Positions 26,291-40,029 of a stretch of 64,000 nt of DNA are shown in pieces. Location of the stretch: NCBI GenBank assembly GCA_034780895.1, contig JAUZTB010000064.1, forward strand, positions 59,838,044-59,902,043. Direction: 5' to 3'. The stretch comes from Rhynchobatus australiae (taxonomy: Eukaryota). A program made the position numbers and the translations under genes. How positions within the stretch are numbered: the first letter of the stretch is position 1; each line of letters begins with the position of its first letter. The notes beneath the pieces are model-generated. The model did no database searches. It was not told the DNA's origin and saw only the letters and a program-made list of their open reading frames with translations.

Positions 26291-29200
26291 TAAGGATAGC
26301 AGGCTGCGNNNNNNNNNNNNNNNNNNNNNNNNNNNNNNNNNNNNNNNNNNNNNNNNNNNNNNNGATGAAATGTAACACACCAAAAGACAAAGAGTTGCAC
26401 TTCAATAGTAAGAATAAAGAAAGGCAACTAACTTACCAGCACAGTTCTAAAGGAGTAGAGGAACAGACAGATCTGGGGCTTTATGTGCATACTTTCCATT
26501 CATCTTTTGTTATTGCATTATTCTACATATAAGTAAAAGATAATGAATAATTTAGTACATTTATATAGCATTTTCAGATGTGAAAATATAGAGTTGCCAG
26601 GATGTGCTCNNNNNNNNNNTTTCTCAAGGAAAAGTCACCCTATTCTCTTTATTCTCGTTTGTTGAAATCGGTACAAGGCCATTTTAATTTTCAGCCAAAC
26701 TCTGATATAAGCAGCGCAGAACTTTTTCATTTACCTCTTGGGTCTATGCTAGTCCAATGGGCAGATTTAAGTTCATTACTTGGACTGTACTGTCTAGAGT
26801 GATATTATCTTACAGTTGCCATTGATTACAGCATATTACCACTGGCAGTAATCCAATGCCTGCTGCAATTACTGCTGCTCCACATTGCCAATAAACAAGC
26901 CAGAATGGAATACTCTTTATATATTAAATTTACTTTAATTACAAATGCAATAGTTAATTAGCAAAGAAGCAGATTAAGCTATACTTTATAAAAAGGAAGT
27001 GGATCTAACTGAAGTTAAGGTGTAGGAGAGATGGTAAGTCATTATTGTAGTGGTCCTCAGTTCCCCATCCAGACTCCAGGGTATTTAAAGACATAGGAGG
27101 CAATTTCTAAATCATTGAACATATTTTTCCAGATCAATGCCTGGAAGTTATTTAATAAGGTAGGAAAGACAGCTACATAGATAATGCAACCAACCACCAT
27201 CTAACCGCCTCAGACAGACACAGAAAGAGGATCATTCAGCATAAAACATCAGACACATAAGGAGGAGGATAACTGGACTTCTTATCCATGGCCAGGAAGA
27301 GAGAAATTGGAAGCTTGTCCTGTATACCAGACAATGTGAAGTATTCTACTACAATTTGTTTAAACTACTCTGGAGTCACAGGACTACTTAACTTCCCTTT
27401 TGACAGTAAGATGTTTTGAACAATAGTAAATGTAAGATATTACTAAATTATTCAGATCAAGGAAGTAAATTGTACCCGGTACTTTATCCCTAAGCACTTC
27501 ACAGATCATTTCTTAGATATAGTCAGCATGGAGGTAGTACACAGAGGTTGTTTGACCTGAAATAGTTCTGTTTACTTCTACCCAAATGCTGCCTGACCTG
27601 CTGAGTATCTCAAGTTTTTTTCTGTTTTTATAGGGGAAAAGTACACATAGGATTATCCAAATAGTATTTTCCTGATGTTGGTGGATGAGGGAGAATTGAT
27701 GACAGGTTCACCAAGAGGATTCACAGTGCTTTGACTTACATTATGGGGTCTTTCATGTTCACTTGAAAGGCAACAGCTCAACACAAAGCTTCTTAAAGAT
27801 CAGGAATAGATTATATACTCAAGCCCTGAATGTGGTTCAAATCTACAACTTTTTTTTTACTAAGTTGTGAATGCTAACATCTAAGCCAAATTGACTTTTA
27901 CCAGCCAACTAGGAATAAGCTAATGCAGAGAAATTTAACTAGATAAAATAATTAATTAACTCACAAAATTACTTTTTGTCTTTATTTTCTGTTAGTGCAA
28001 ACTTAAATATTTCCAGCTGTTATTACATGGGTGTTTTTCATTTAGGTTTGCTTGCAAAGTGGCTTAATACTCCAAAATAAAGACCTTCCTAAAATCATTT
28101 CTATTCAACAAATTGCTAGTTCTGTATTCAAGGGTGAGTTTTAAAAACTCACAATATTTTGTGATAAAAATAAATCTCACTTATTGCTTTATTTGTGCCT
28201 CACTTTCAGTGTAAGCTTTTCAAAATCTAAGCCTGTGAATTTTTCACATTTGTTTCAATGAGAGCTACTGCCTCCAAAGTGTGAAAATTTAGTTCATTTT
28301 CTCCTCTGCACTTGCCCCATTTAACCTACTGTTGCATTCCTAGAAGTAAGAATATCAGGATCCAGTAGTTTTGTTTAAAAACAATATTTTTATGGCACCT
28401 CAGACAATGTTGGAGGAGACAGAGGCAGAAATTAGTACTCCCGAATCCAATTAGAGCTGATATGACTGGGATTGAACAGGACCTGGACTATCATAGAGAG
28501 TAGACAATTCTTACTAGTGGGCAGAAATTGCAGGGGGTCTCATTTTTCAGAGGTGCAGGAAAAAGAAGTGAGAATTGATGATGTCACCTGCTGCAATTCC
28601 TTGGAATCCCATCCCCTGTGCCCCCAATTATCCATCTATGTGAAAAGGAGGAGAAAGACCCTGACACATTCAGAAGTGGTACCCACCTTCTTATTATTAC
28701 CCAACTCCTTTACAGCAGCCATACGTAAAGAGATCAGAGGCTATATTTGAAAGTAGTCTTTGTAAAATAGGGCCAGTCTTTTCTTCATTGGCTTTCTGGC
28801 TGTCAGACTTGTCAGCATAGTCTTCACATGGCTTGCAGATAGTACACTTCACAGCTCTCCCCCAGTCAAGTTGTGCCAAACTAACATTCCCCACTCAGGA
28901 TAGGTACATCGCCTGGAAATCAGAACTTCACTGGAATGAGATGCTCTGAAAATGTTCTGCTCCACCACTGTTAGACCAGCAGATTGGGATCCTGAGCTTT
29001 TGGGTCTGAAATGGTTCTTCCTTAGCAAAGTTATCAAATGATTGATAGACCTCAAAGTACTTGTGTTGGTGCCAAATAGTTTGTTATTTCAAAAAGAATC
29101 TCCATTTATAAGAATAGTACCCTCACAATAATTCTAAATTTTAATTGCGTGATGCATGGATTTTCAAATCTTGTAAAAATTGTGTTGTTCAGGATATACT

Positions 29201-29599
29201 CTACTTGTGGTTAAAGCAAAACCTATACTGTGAACTTCTAGTTAATCCAAGTCCATCTTTACACCAGCCTTTATCATTGCTGAAAAAGTACAGTATGTTC
29301 TCAGTTTTGGTGATAAACGCTCCTTGACGCAGGAGGGGTTAAAAATGCCGTAAAGCTTTATTCACATCGAATAGCAACCAGATGAATCAGGCTGGAGTAC
29401 TTACTGCATGAAACAGAGTTCAGCCCCAGTGGCTGAGTCAGTTTACTCTGAAAGGAACTGATGAGGAAGTGTGATCACTTGTCAGTTCTGAGTCACCAAT
29501 CTCATTACGGGAATCTGCCTTAAACACTTTCTTGAAGTCTTTTAATCTCCAAATAAAATCAAGGAATGCCTAATTCCAGAATATCATTGCCAGAAGAAA

Positions 29600-30480
29600 A
29601 TTTTGCAGATGGTGCGCACTGCAACCACTGTGCACCAGTGGTGGAGGGAATGAATGTTTAGGGTGGTATGATTATAATGGGTTCCTTTCTCCTGGACTGT
29701 GTCAAGGAACATCGAGGATGTTAGAGCTGCACACATCCATGCAAATGGAAAGGATTCCATCGCACTGCTGATTTATGTCTTGTAGATGGCGGAGGGGATT
29801 TTGGTGTTAGAAGGTGAATTAGTTGCCACAGAATACCCAGCCTCTGACTGCTCTTGTGGTCAGAGTATTAACGTGGCTGGCCCAGTTGCAATTCTGGTCA
29901 ATGGTAACTCAAGCCCCCTGAGATATTTATGGGATGGAACTCAGTGATAGTATTGACACTGTAAGTTAAAGGTAGGTAAATAAATTCTCTCTTGTTTTAG
30001 AACCCACCTCACACCCCCACCTCCTGCCTGTGTACTGCCATCTCTGGCATGTTTGTACAATCTGTGGGACAGGATGTAAGTAATGTAGGAGTCTGTTAGA
30101 ATACAACAATGTCAGGTGGCTGTTTCACTAGTCTGTAGTCTCCCAATTTAGACACATCCCTAGGTGTTTGTGAGGAAGATGTAGGAAGGTTGACTGCACT
30201 GGGAGTGACATTGTTGTATCTGAAATTTGTGTCTACATCTATGCTCGGTGGTCAGTCTTCTTTTGCTTCAATGTACTATTAGTGGTACAACTGTGTCATT
30301 CAAAAGGCCATTTCACAGTCCACCAGTGTGGAGCCAAACCAAGTGAAGATGGCAGATTTCCTTCCCTAAAGGGTATTAGTGAGTCTGATGGGGTTTTATG
30401 ACAATCCAGAAGTTTAGCTTTTTTAAAATTTCAGATTATTAAATGATTTACAATTCCATAGCAGCTATGGAGGGATTTGA
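29600..30480 (-). mobile_element. Old LINE 3' region remnant
   Basis: cactgtgcaccagtggtggagggaatgaatg and gatggcagatttccttccctaaagggtattagtga motifs typical of a dispersed elasmobranch LINE end. Confidence 0.55.
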
Positions 30481-32399
30481 AGTAAGGGCTTTGATTTACA
30501 AGTTCAGCAACTAAAGTCATTCATGAGCCATTAAAGTCAGAGAAGCACAGAAAACAGAGGTCCATCAAGGTTTCTGCAGGGATATCCATGTGCACAAATA
30601 CCTCACTTCCTTCAACCTCACTTCCTACATCAAGTCAAAAGTAATGAAGTTCTCCAAGACTGAGACCATTTGTTAAGCCATCTCAACCATTGTCTTCTGT
30701 TCCTCTTCCTTATTACTCCTGACATTCTCCATGTCTCTATATATGCTACCTCCTCTCATTCTCTTTCCCTCACTCTATTTGTTTGTCTGTATGTCTCTTC
30801 CTTTCTCTGCAGTTCTCTCTTACCTCCTCCCTGTCCTCTGCAAACTTATTTCTTGCATGAGTACCATGAACCCAGTTTTACTCAATCTCAGATCACAAAT
30901 CCTCTTGTATGTTATTCTTGTTGACATTATAAACAACCTGATAAAAGTCATTAACCTGAAATGTTAACTTTTGTTTCTCCACGGATGCTGACTGACTCAT
31001 CAAGCATTTCCAGCACTCTTCATTTCTTCAGAATTCCAGAATATGTGATATTTTGTATATGATTTTCTTTGGCTAAGATTTCTTTGGTCAAAATTACAAA
31101 TGACATCCTGCAGGTACCATTGTTCAGCGTCACTTCCTCACCTTTCCTCAGTAGTTCATTTAGTAAACCGCACCACATTCTTCTACTATCTCTACTCAAC
31201 AATTCAATTCTGTGGGACTATACTTGCGTTGTTATACACTCCTCTCCATCCATATGTAATCTTTGGATTTCCAGTAATAACTTCCCTTCCAAGTTACCTC
31301 TTCTCACCAGCTCCAAACATATTCTGGATCTGTCCTTTTCCCTTTCTACTTGATGCCTCTTGACCTTGCCATGTAATCTCCAGTCTTTCACCATTCACCC
31401 CCATCCTCTTTCCAAGCTAGCATTTCCAAAAGTATAGTAATCTACTGCATGCATCATAACTTTGAATGTGTTGGAATATTGAGAGGGCCAATCGTAGCTA
31501 AGTGTGGAATCCTGATGAGTCAGAAGATATCACTGTGTTGCATGTGACATTAAATTGAAGACCAGCAGTTTCATCCAAGTAGCCTCTGATGACAAGCAGG
31601 CTGCCACATAGCCAGTGATCTGTGTGGGATAAACCAGTGAAAAGTAATTAGGACGGAGAAGCCCTATCTAATAGCTCTTGATTATGCAGCAAACTGAAAC
31701 TTGAGAAGCTTGAAAGACTGGATGGTAGGACTCAAGAGAAGCAGACAACGTATTCATGAGACAGATCCTGACTTGGTTTAGGATGATGTCACAATAGCAT
31801 CAGTGAAATTAACAGTGCCCCATGTTGTGCTTTAAGGTTATGTACTGCCAATAAGAAGCATAAAATCTTATTAATCGATGGATAGAAAGAAACCAATCAG
31901 ATCATTACCACTTTCTGCTGCAAAGCTATGGTAGATTTTTTTATATAGTTGCTCATTTTCATGAGAAGAAATAGTCGGCTGCCATTTCTCTTGCACAGAC
32001 TTCAGATGTGCGCTCACGCTGGCTGAGACAATGTGGCTGGATATAAGGGAACAAAAAGCAATGCCTGTTCTGTTCCTTCCTTCTCTTGCTGGAGGATAAC
32101 ATTCAGGATAGTCTGAAGGCTTAAAGTTCAAGATTTGTCTTTGTTTTGTTTTCCCCTGTACTCAAATACCTTTTAACATTCACCCCTCTACCAGGCAGGC
32201 CAACAAGGAGACCTGTAGCAAGATGAAGCAGGCAAGAGGCCCTGAACATTCTTGTCTGTGTCATTACACTTCCTGTAGTTGATGTGCTCCTATTTCAGGC
32301 ACAGGCCAATTTAAATGTTTGAAGAAACATGAGGAAAATCAGGGTAGTGAAACAGAGGCAGTGACTTAACATGCAATGAGAATGCTAAATCCCCCAGGT

Positions 32400-32690
32400 G
32401 CAATTCAGAGAAAAGCCATACTAATCCCATTTCCTTTCCCCTTTTCCCTGTAGCCCTACTAATTATTCCCTCTCACATGCTTTTGATTATTTTGTCACTT
32501 ACCTACACAAGCAGTAATTTGCAGGAGCCAATTAACCTACCATCATGTCTTTGGACACGGGAAGGAACCAGTGAACCTGGCAGAAACTCCACAATCATGG
32601 GAAGAATATGCAAACTCCACACAGACAGCAGCTGATGTGAGAATCGAACCCTCGTCACTGGAGCTGCAAGGCAGCTAACTGCCATACCTC
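32400..32690 (-). mobile_element. HE1/V-SINE
   Basis: V-domain gaagaatatgcaaactccacacagacagca and B-box complement gaatcgaaccc. Confidence 0.8.
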
Positions 32691-33229
32691 ATACCATCCT
32701 GAGGTGCATATCTTAATACCAACATTTTCCTTTCTGCTTTCTATTCACCTTTCAGTCCAGTGTGACACATGACACAGACTCGCATTTGCATCTTGATGTT
32801 TTTCAGAGGCCTCTTACCAAATCTTCTGAAAGAGCCATTTAGTTATATCCACAAAAATGACAAACAAGAAGCAAACCAGGTGGACAACATGACAGGACAA
32901 AAGGCACACTCAGTCACTCAGCCTCTCAAAGTGCCCTTCACTCACATGTAGAGCCTGGTCCAAAGCTGGAGGATCAGAAGCTGGACTCACGAGTAACTTC
33001 CTCACCCATCGGCTAACATCCTGATACACTGTCCCACCAGAAGCATGACCAATCAGAGGATGGAGAAAAGTGGTACTTGATTGGTGGAGATGGCCTGATG
33101 GAGATGGCTCTGGGAATGTATAAAATTGACACTGAACCACATGAACTCCCATGATCCTATGTCAAAAATAGACAAGGGAACCTCCTGATGCTGCTCCACA
33201 TCAAGCTCATTTTCTTCTTACACTTGCTC

Positions 33230-33570
33230 CACGACGAGATACAAGCAGGCTACATCACTGGTAAGCCCGTCTCACCAGAGTTCCTAAACAGATACCCTAT
33301 TCTGAGCTCTGCTATGGCAAGAGACTATCAGGAAGATAGAGGAAAAGATCCAAGGATGTGCTCAAAGCTTCTTTGAAGCAACATCCCTCGGCCCATCTGA
33401 GTCCAGAAGAAGCATTTGGGATGGTCTTGAGAATGTTGAGGTGAAACACTGGGAGCAAACAGGGGCACTACATAAGCAGTGGAAGGAGTGCGGCAGCTCA
33501 CAAACTACCCACCCAACTGCCCTGTCGCTGCCTCCTGCCCCGCCTGTCGAAGAGTCTGCAATCCCTACAA
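33230..33570 (+). mobile_element. RTE-like LINE 3' fragment
   Basis: Remnant PKQIPYSELCYGKRLSGR*RKRSKDVLKASLK. Confidence 0.65.
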
Positions 33571-34704
33571 AAGCCAAGATTGTCAGACATGTAAACTACA
33601 AGGGAATCAGGGAGAATGGGAGAGTGATGTTGACTCCAAGACTGGATCAGCCATGATGTTATGGAGTAGCAGAGCCCAGTGGCCTACTCCTGATCCTGTT
33701 CTGATGCTCCCCCCGTGAATGATTTGGTAGATTGAGCTGGCAGTGCTGAATGGCCTGAATGCACTTACTCTTGAAGTTGATACATGTCTGAAAGATCGGG
33801 GATGTGGAGAACTGACACAGCAGAGGCCTGAGGCAGATCAGCCATGATTGTATTGAATGGCAGGGCAGATTCAAGGGGCCTGGTGACCTACTCCTGCTCC
33901 TATGTACTTGCTTTTTAGTTGTGAGGTAGATAAATTTGGCCTTCAGCTGTATGACCTGCAGCTTCCCCTTTCACTTGCTGCAAGCGCATTAGTCTTTGGT
34001 AATATAGTGACCACCACCCAGTCCACACACAGACCATGTCCTGAGTTGTGTTGAACTTCCACCATGTTCTCCTTGATAGATTGTGAACAGAACCAGTACC
34101 TCTTCAACACTACGAACCAGCTGTCTGACCCAGTTTCAATGCAATGCATAGTAGAGCATGTACTACCAGGCACACCTGATAACTGGATGGTCACATGGTG
34201 CACTCCAACATTACAGGAGTGCAGGCTAAAGAGCAAAGATGGTCAACAATAAGGAAATGAAATGAACCAACATCCAACCAATCAGATGTCACTCTGTGAC
34301 CATGCTACATTTAGTTGTTAATTGGGATGAACAATTGTTATAGAGGCAGGTTGATGATGGGGAGCTGGGGATGTGGGGAGGGAAAAGCTCCATGAATATT
34401 TCCATATATTATTATTGTGAATGCTTAGTGCCCTATTATCTCAGCTGCACAGATCACTGCGGAAGTTGCTCTGGAGAGTTCCATCTACCAAGAAATATTC
34501 AATATCTTACCAATAACCTTCCCTCAAGCATAAGGTCAGAGAGTGGTCATTTGCTAATGATTGCACCATGCTTGTTTCAATTATAATTTCTCAGAGCAGA
34601 CCCAGGCAAACCTGGATTTGGTGGGTACAGAATGGATTTGTGTGCGTACAGAAATATCGTGCTTTTGAGCAAGTAAGCAGTTTTTGTAAGAGAGCTTAAA
34701 CAAC

Positions 34705-34859
34705 TGTTAGAGACCAGCAACAAAAGAAACACACCGAAACATGTATAAGTGTTAAAAACTACTTTATTAATAACTACTTATCATAATAAGTAAAATAAAA
34801 GTAAAAATGTTAGAATGTTAGAAGTAAAAATGTTAAACCCCGAACATTAACTCCCAAAA
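34705..34859. mobile_element. Possible LTR-retrotransposon LTR edge running into an N gap
   Basis: Abrupt start with TGTTAG, followed by an AT-rich actttatt segment; the other end is hidden. A similar candidate lies at about 54568-54900. Confidence 0.3.
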
Positions 34860-36899
34860 NNNNNNNNNNNNNNNNNNNNNNNNNNNNNNNNNNNNNNNNN
34901 NNNNNNNNNNNNNNNNNNNNNNNNNNNNNNNNNNNNNNNNNNNNNNNNNNNNNNNNNNNAAATGTCTGTGTAAAACCATTTCCACTATGTTGGCAGCAAA
35001 CCATTAATTGCTGTTTTTAAGCCAGGGTTTGCTGCTGTCTGCTAATAATCATTATAATGTAAATTATATTAAGCTTACATTGATAGGTAGGTCTGTAATT
35101 TTTTTCATCTTAGTTTTTGGTTTTGGCCACAGCATTAACCTATATGATACTTTAAGCCAAGCTGAGTGGATGATAGCCCAGGCTCTGAGACAGTTACTGT
35201 CCTTTGGTCTGTTACTTTCTCAAGCACCTCAAAAGCCTATCACTTTAATTTGCCCAGCCACTTCCAGATTTTGTGCTTGAAGTTTATGAAAATTCTTGAA
35301 ATAACAAATTGTAGTCTTTAACAGAAAAAGCAACCAATATTTCTCACTCTGCCCTCAATGGTAATTAGATTGTATTGAAAAGCCCACAAAGGTGGTGGAC
35401 AAAAGGCTCACTGTGCATAAATCAGTGCCATGCTGAAGTGCCAGGACTAGAAATTTGCTGCTAATATGAGGTGATACACTCTCTTCTACATCTCTTCCAA
35501 AACAATGGATTTTATGTTGCATTAAAAGCAGACAGAACTTTTCCTCAGGGGACCAGGGGAGTTCTTTAGCTGCTCCTGCTGCCAAAAATGCTCCAGCAGC
35601 TGAGAATATTGACTTTTTTTCCTCACAGGCTTCCTGATAATAGCCAGAATATTGTTAGGAGCATGCTAAAAAAAAATCAGTCTGAAAAATTCACTGTCAG
35701 CAGCAAGAAGTTGGGCAGATGCAAAACCAACCATGGTTACTTCTTGGGATATGACATAACAATGCACAGGGGAAAGTCTCAAAATCTTGGTCTAAATTAT
35801 ACAGACTAAGAAGTCCTAAGCTAAATCCATATTGTGCTTAGTTACATAGTACCTAGCACAGGCAAAAGGACCAAGTTTGGTCACATTGACCGAGAAATAA
35901 GGAAATGAATATAGGATAGGCTCCTGCTATCCAGTAATCCATGCCAGAGGTTAGAATAAGCTCAGGAACACCTGTAATGCTTTCCACAGTTAGATGGCCA
36001 GCTGGCATTCGTTGTTATGGTTCAAACAGAAAGAAATACAACTTGTAAGTAATATTACTGATTTGTATTCTAGGCAAGGAGGGAGGACGAGGATAAAATT
36101 GCTTTCAAATCTCTTCATGGTACTTTTCCTCCGGTCTTATAACCCTTCAAGAAATCTGCACTCCTCTCATAGAACCATCTTGATCACTGAAGTTAATTGC
36201 TCCACTGCTGGCATACTTCAGATGCAGAGGTCCCACCTCTCCAGCTCCCACCATTCTTTGCTCCTTCAGGATGCTTCTTAAAACCTATCCCTTTAACCAA
36301 AGTTTTCGTGATTTGCCTTAATAACTCAGTCTTTAGTTCGGTGGAATTTTTTTGTTTGATAACACTCCTGCAAAGCATCTTAGAACATTTTCCTGCGTTA
36401 AGGCTATTTTTTTTTAAATGGAAGTTATTGTTGAAGATCAGAGGACAGCATTTATGAAAGTGGGTCCCCTGTACGTATTCTGCTGGGAGTCAAACCTAAT
36501 TGTCTGCTTTTTGATTATGGTTTGATTCAGATTGCTCATTGTGAGGTAGATAATAACTAAAATATTCTTACAAGGAGGGAGTCAATATTAAAGAGGAAAC
36601 ATACTGCATTTCCAAATCTAAGTTTGTTTATTTACTTTTTAAATATTTGTCATTGCCAATTGATAAAGCAGCATTCCTTTATATTATTGTTAGCAGATGG
36701 TGGCTGTCAAAGCCAATCAGCATCAAATACTTACTATAAGGGTTGTCTCTGCATTCCAGAAATGCATGACTGTCAGCCAAAACAATAATGTCCAAATATG
36801 TTCTGCTCTATTTCTTCTATATTCCTCGTTCGTTCTTTTCCCCCTTCCCATGCTTGGGTACAGTTCAGCAGATCCCCTCGGGTATCTGACCCAGTGGGA

Positions 36900-37195
36900 T
36901 TAATCATGTGTGTGAGGTTTGATTGTGCGGCTATTTCTATCATTGGAGCAGCACAGACAAGCCTGATCTTGTTTCAACATCCACTTTCGTCCATAGTAGG
37001 GGGATCGCTGAATACTAACAGAGCATAAAAATCCGAACTGATTTTCCCCTCTCTAATCCCACAGCAGTGAGGCCAACTGTGGTGCCCCTTCTGCTGGGCC
37101 ATTGTAGATTGCTAACATACTGTGGATTGAACTTGTTACATTCTCAGTCAAGAATGGCTCAGTGATCACAGGATAAACTCACAAATTAAGCCTTC
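36900..37195 (-). mobile_element. Degraded tRNA-derived SINE of a second elasmobranch family
   Basis: ctgattttcccctctctaatccc..tgaggccaactgtggtgcccct..ggattgaac; a related copy in opposite orientation lies at about 49920-50150. Confidence 0.5.
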
Positions 37196-40029
37196 TGTAC
37201 TCGTTTTTTTCACTTGTGCTCACCAAATAGTTTGAATAATCTTCAAAGATGGTTAATGGAGATAAAAATTAGTTAAGGTCATTGCAATACTGGGACCAAA
37301 AGGTTCCACAGAAGGTTGTGTTAGATGAATAAATAATTTCTTTTATGTGCACCTATGCATGAGAATGCCCAGTCCTTATTAAAGAATTTTCAAACTTTCA
37401 TAATCAGCAAACTGACTATAAGTTACTATATAGATCAGCCTAGTCTAGATAGATAATTTTGATAAATATTAGACCATAAAAAAACCCATTCTTACCATTA
37501 GTTGAAACACATACTGTAAAGTATGCAATTACATAAAACTCTTTGTGCTGTGTTTGATTTTAGTCACTTTTAAATTAGACTCATTCCAGTCTGTTGCTAT
37601 TGTTTCAGTCCTTCCAAATGCATATATTTAAATGTCCATATTTATTTCTGAATTTAATCTGTAGTTATGTCACAAAAATGATTTTATATTTATGAAGCGC
37701 TGAAAAACAGTAAATATCTTTGATCTGTAAATTTATGTTTTTATGACGGGTGGTGGTTTCAGTCAGATTCAGTGCTGTAGACTCTCTATACAGAGCTCTT
37801 ACTCACTTCACACAGAAGTGTGAGCCTATATGCACACTACATGGGAATATAGCATTGGCAGTTGTCAAATAGAACATTCTTGTGACTATAGTTTGACAGT
37901 TGGAAGTTATAGAATCACANNNNNNNNNNNNNNNNNNNNNNNNNNNNNNNNNNNNNNNNNNNNNNNNNNNNNNNNNNNNNNNNNNNNNNNNNNNNNNNNN
38001 NNNNNNNNNNNNNNNNNNNNNNNNNNNNNNNNNNNNNNNNNNNNNNNNNNNNNNNNNNNNNNNNNNNNNNNNNNNNNNNNNNNNNNNNNNNNNNNNNNNN
38101 NNNNNNNNNNNNNNNNNNNNNNNNNNNNNNNNNNNNNNNNNNNNNNNNNNNNNNNNNNNNNNNNNNNNNNNNNNNNNNNNNNNNNNNNNNNNNNNNNNNN
38201 NNNNNNNNNNNNNNNNNNNNNNNNNNNNNNNNNNNNNNNNNNNNNNNNNNNNNNNNNNNNNNNNNNNNNNNNNNNNNNNNNNNNNNNNNNNNNNNNNNNN
38301 NNNNNNNNNNNNNNNNNNNNNNNNNNNNNNNNNNNNNNNNNNNNNNNNNNNNNNNNNNNNNNNNNNNNNNNNNNNNNNNNNNNNNNNNNNNNNNNNNNNN
38401 NNNNNNNNNNNNNNNNNNNNNNNNNNNNNNNNNNNNNNNNNNNNNNNNNNNNNNNNNNNNNNNNNNNNNNNNNNNNNNNNNNNNNNNNNNNNNNNNNNNN
38501 NNNNNNNNNNNNNNNNNNNNNNNNNNNNNNNNNNNNNNNNNNNNNNNNNNNNNNNNNNNNNNNNNNNNNNNNNNNNNNNNNNNNNNNNNNNNNNNNNNNN
38601 NNNNNNNNNNNNNNNNNNNNNNNNNNNNNNNNNNNNNNNNNNNNNNNNNNNNNNNNNNNNNNNNNNNNNNNNNNNNNNNNNNNNNNNNNNNNNNNNNNNN
38701 NNNNNNNNNNNNNNNNNNNNNNNNNNNNNNNNNNNNNNNNNNNNNNNNNNNNNNNNNNNNNNNNNNNNNNNNNNNNNNNNNNNNNNNNNNNNNNNNNNNN
38801 NNNNNNNNNNNNNNNNNNNNNNNNNNNNNNNNNNNNNNNNNNNNNNNNNNTCACCATTCCAAGAAAAAAAATATTTGGGTGGTAGGGTACTGGAAATGAA
38901 AATCTATTAGGACAGAAAAGCTCCGAAGGTTATTATTTCTGTGACTTAAAAAGTTATATTTTTTGAAAAGTTAAGCAATTCTCTCTCCACAGATGCTACC
39001 TGACCTGCTGAGTATCTCCAGCATCTTTTTATACCTGATTTATGTGTGCATGGTAGGCGTCATCATAACAAAGTAACTTCTGATGTAGCCAATTGACTGA
39101 AAACTGGTGGAATTTGTCAAATTAACACATCAACCTTCAAAGCAGACAGTATAATGTTGAGACATTTTTTCAGTTCATGATCTAAATGTTCAACACATTT
39201 CTCCTGTCAATTCACTATCATTTGTTGTGAGTTCACTCAGAATTTCCTCACGAGTTCGCTGGATCAGCTCAGCCATTGCAACTTTGCACACAAGTAAGTT
39301 CTGGCCGAAGTTACATTTTAAATTACCTCCGGAGAAATTCATCTTTTTAAAAGAATTATATAATTGGCATGTTCGCATTGCTATAACGGGTAAAGATATT
39401 CTGGCATATAGCAGCAAGAGAGCAGGATGTTTGATTCCCAGGCTGCGGCGAGTTAGCCAAGCTTAGCTATATAGTGATATAATGGTCTCAGCACCACTGG
39501 GGGAGGAGGCAGACAATTCAACTTCTGGCATATCCTTGGGGCAACCAGTGGAGCATGGGGCCCTATTTTGATGAGGTTGGCCAGGCTGGATGCTGATGAT
39601 CTTTCTCCATACCTTTTACTTTAATTGGCATTCCATCAGCAGAGAACAGGTTGTGGGATTAACCAATGTCTCTCCTTTTTTGGGCAATATAGACATAGTA
39701 TGACAGGCTTCCATCAGAGCCACAAATTCCTATGATTTTATGGTTTGCTGCTTCTGATCTTTATCACTGTTGACATCTGCAGGATCACTTTCCAAGTTTC
39801 CATTGTTAACAAGGAATATCACTCAACAGGTGAACATATAGGTGAATCGTGGGCACAATGCCTACATTTTTCTATGCTTTCATATTAAATTGCCTAACAG
39901 ATGTTAACTAAATCGGGCTTGGTCACCTGTTATAGCCAATAGTCACTGTCTAACCGCTGACAACAGAATGGTCATTGGGATTTGAAATAAAAAAACAGAG
40001 AATAAGAACTCCACANNNNNNNNNNGTAC

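Noticed and set aside
37830-38910. Longest ORFs in the track (316-351 aa) and other X-filled ORFs
   Set aside because: They only span assembly N gaps.
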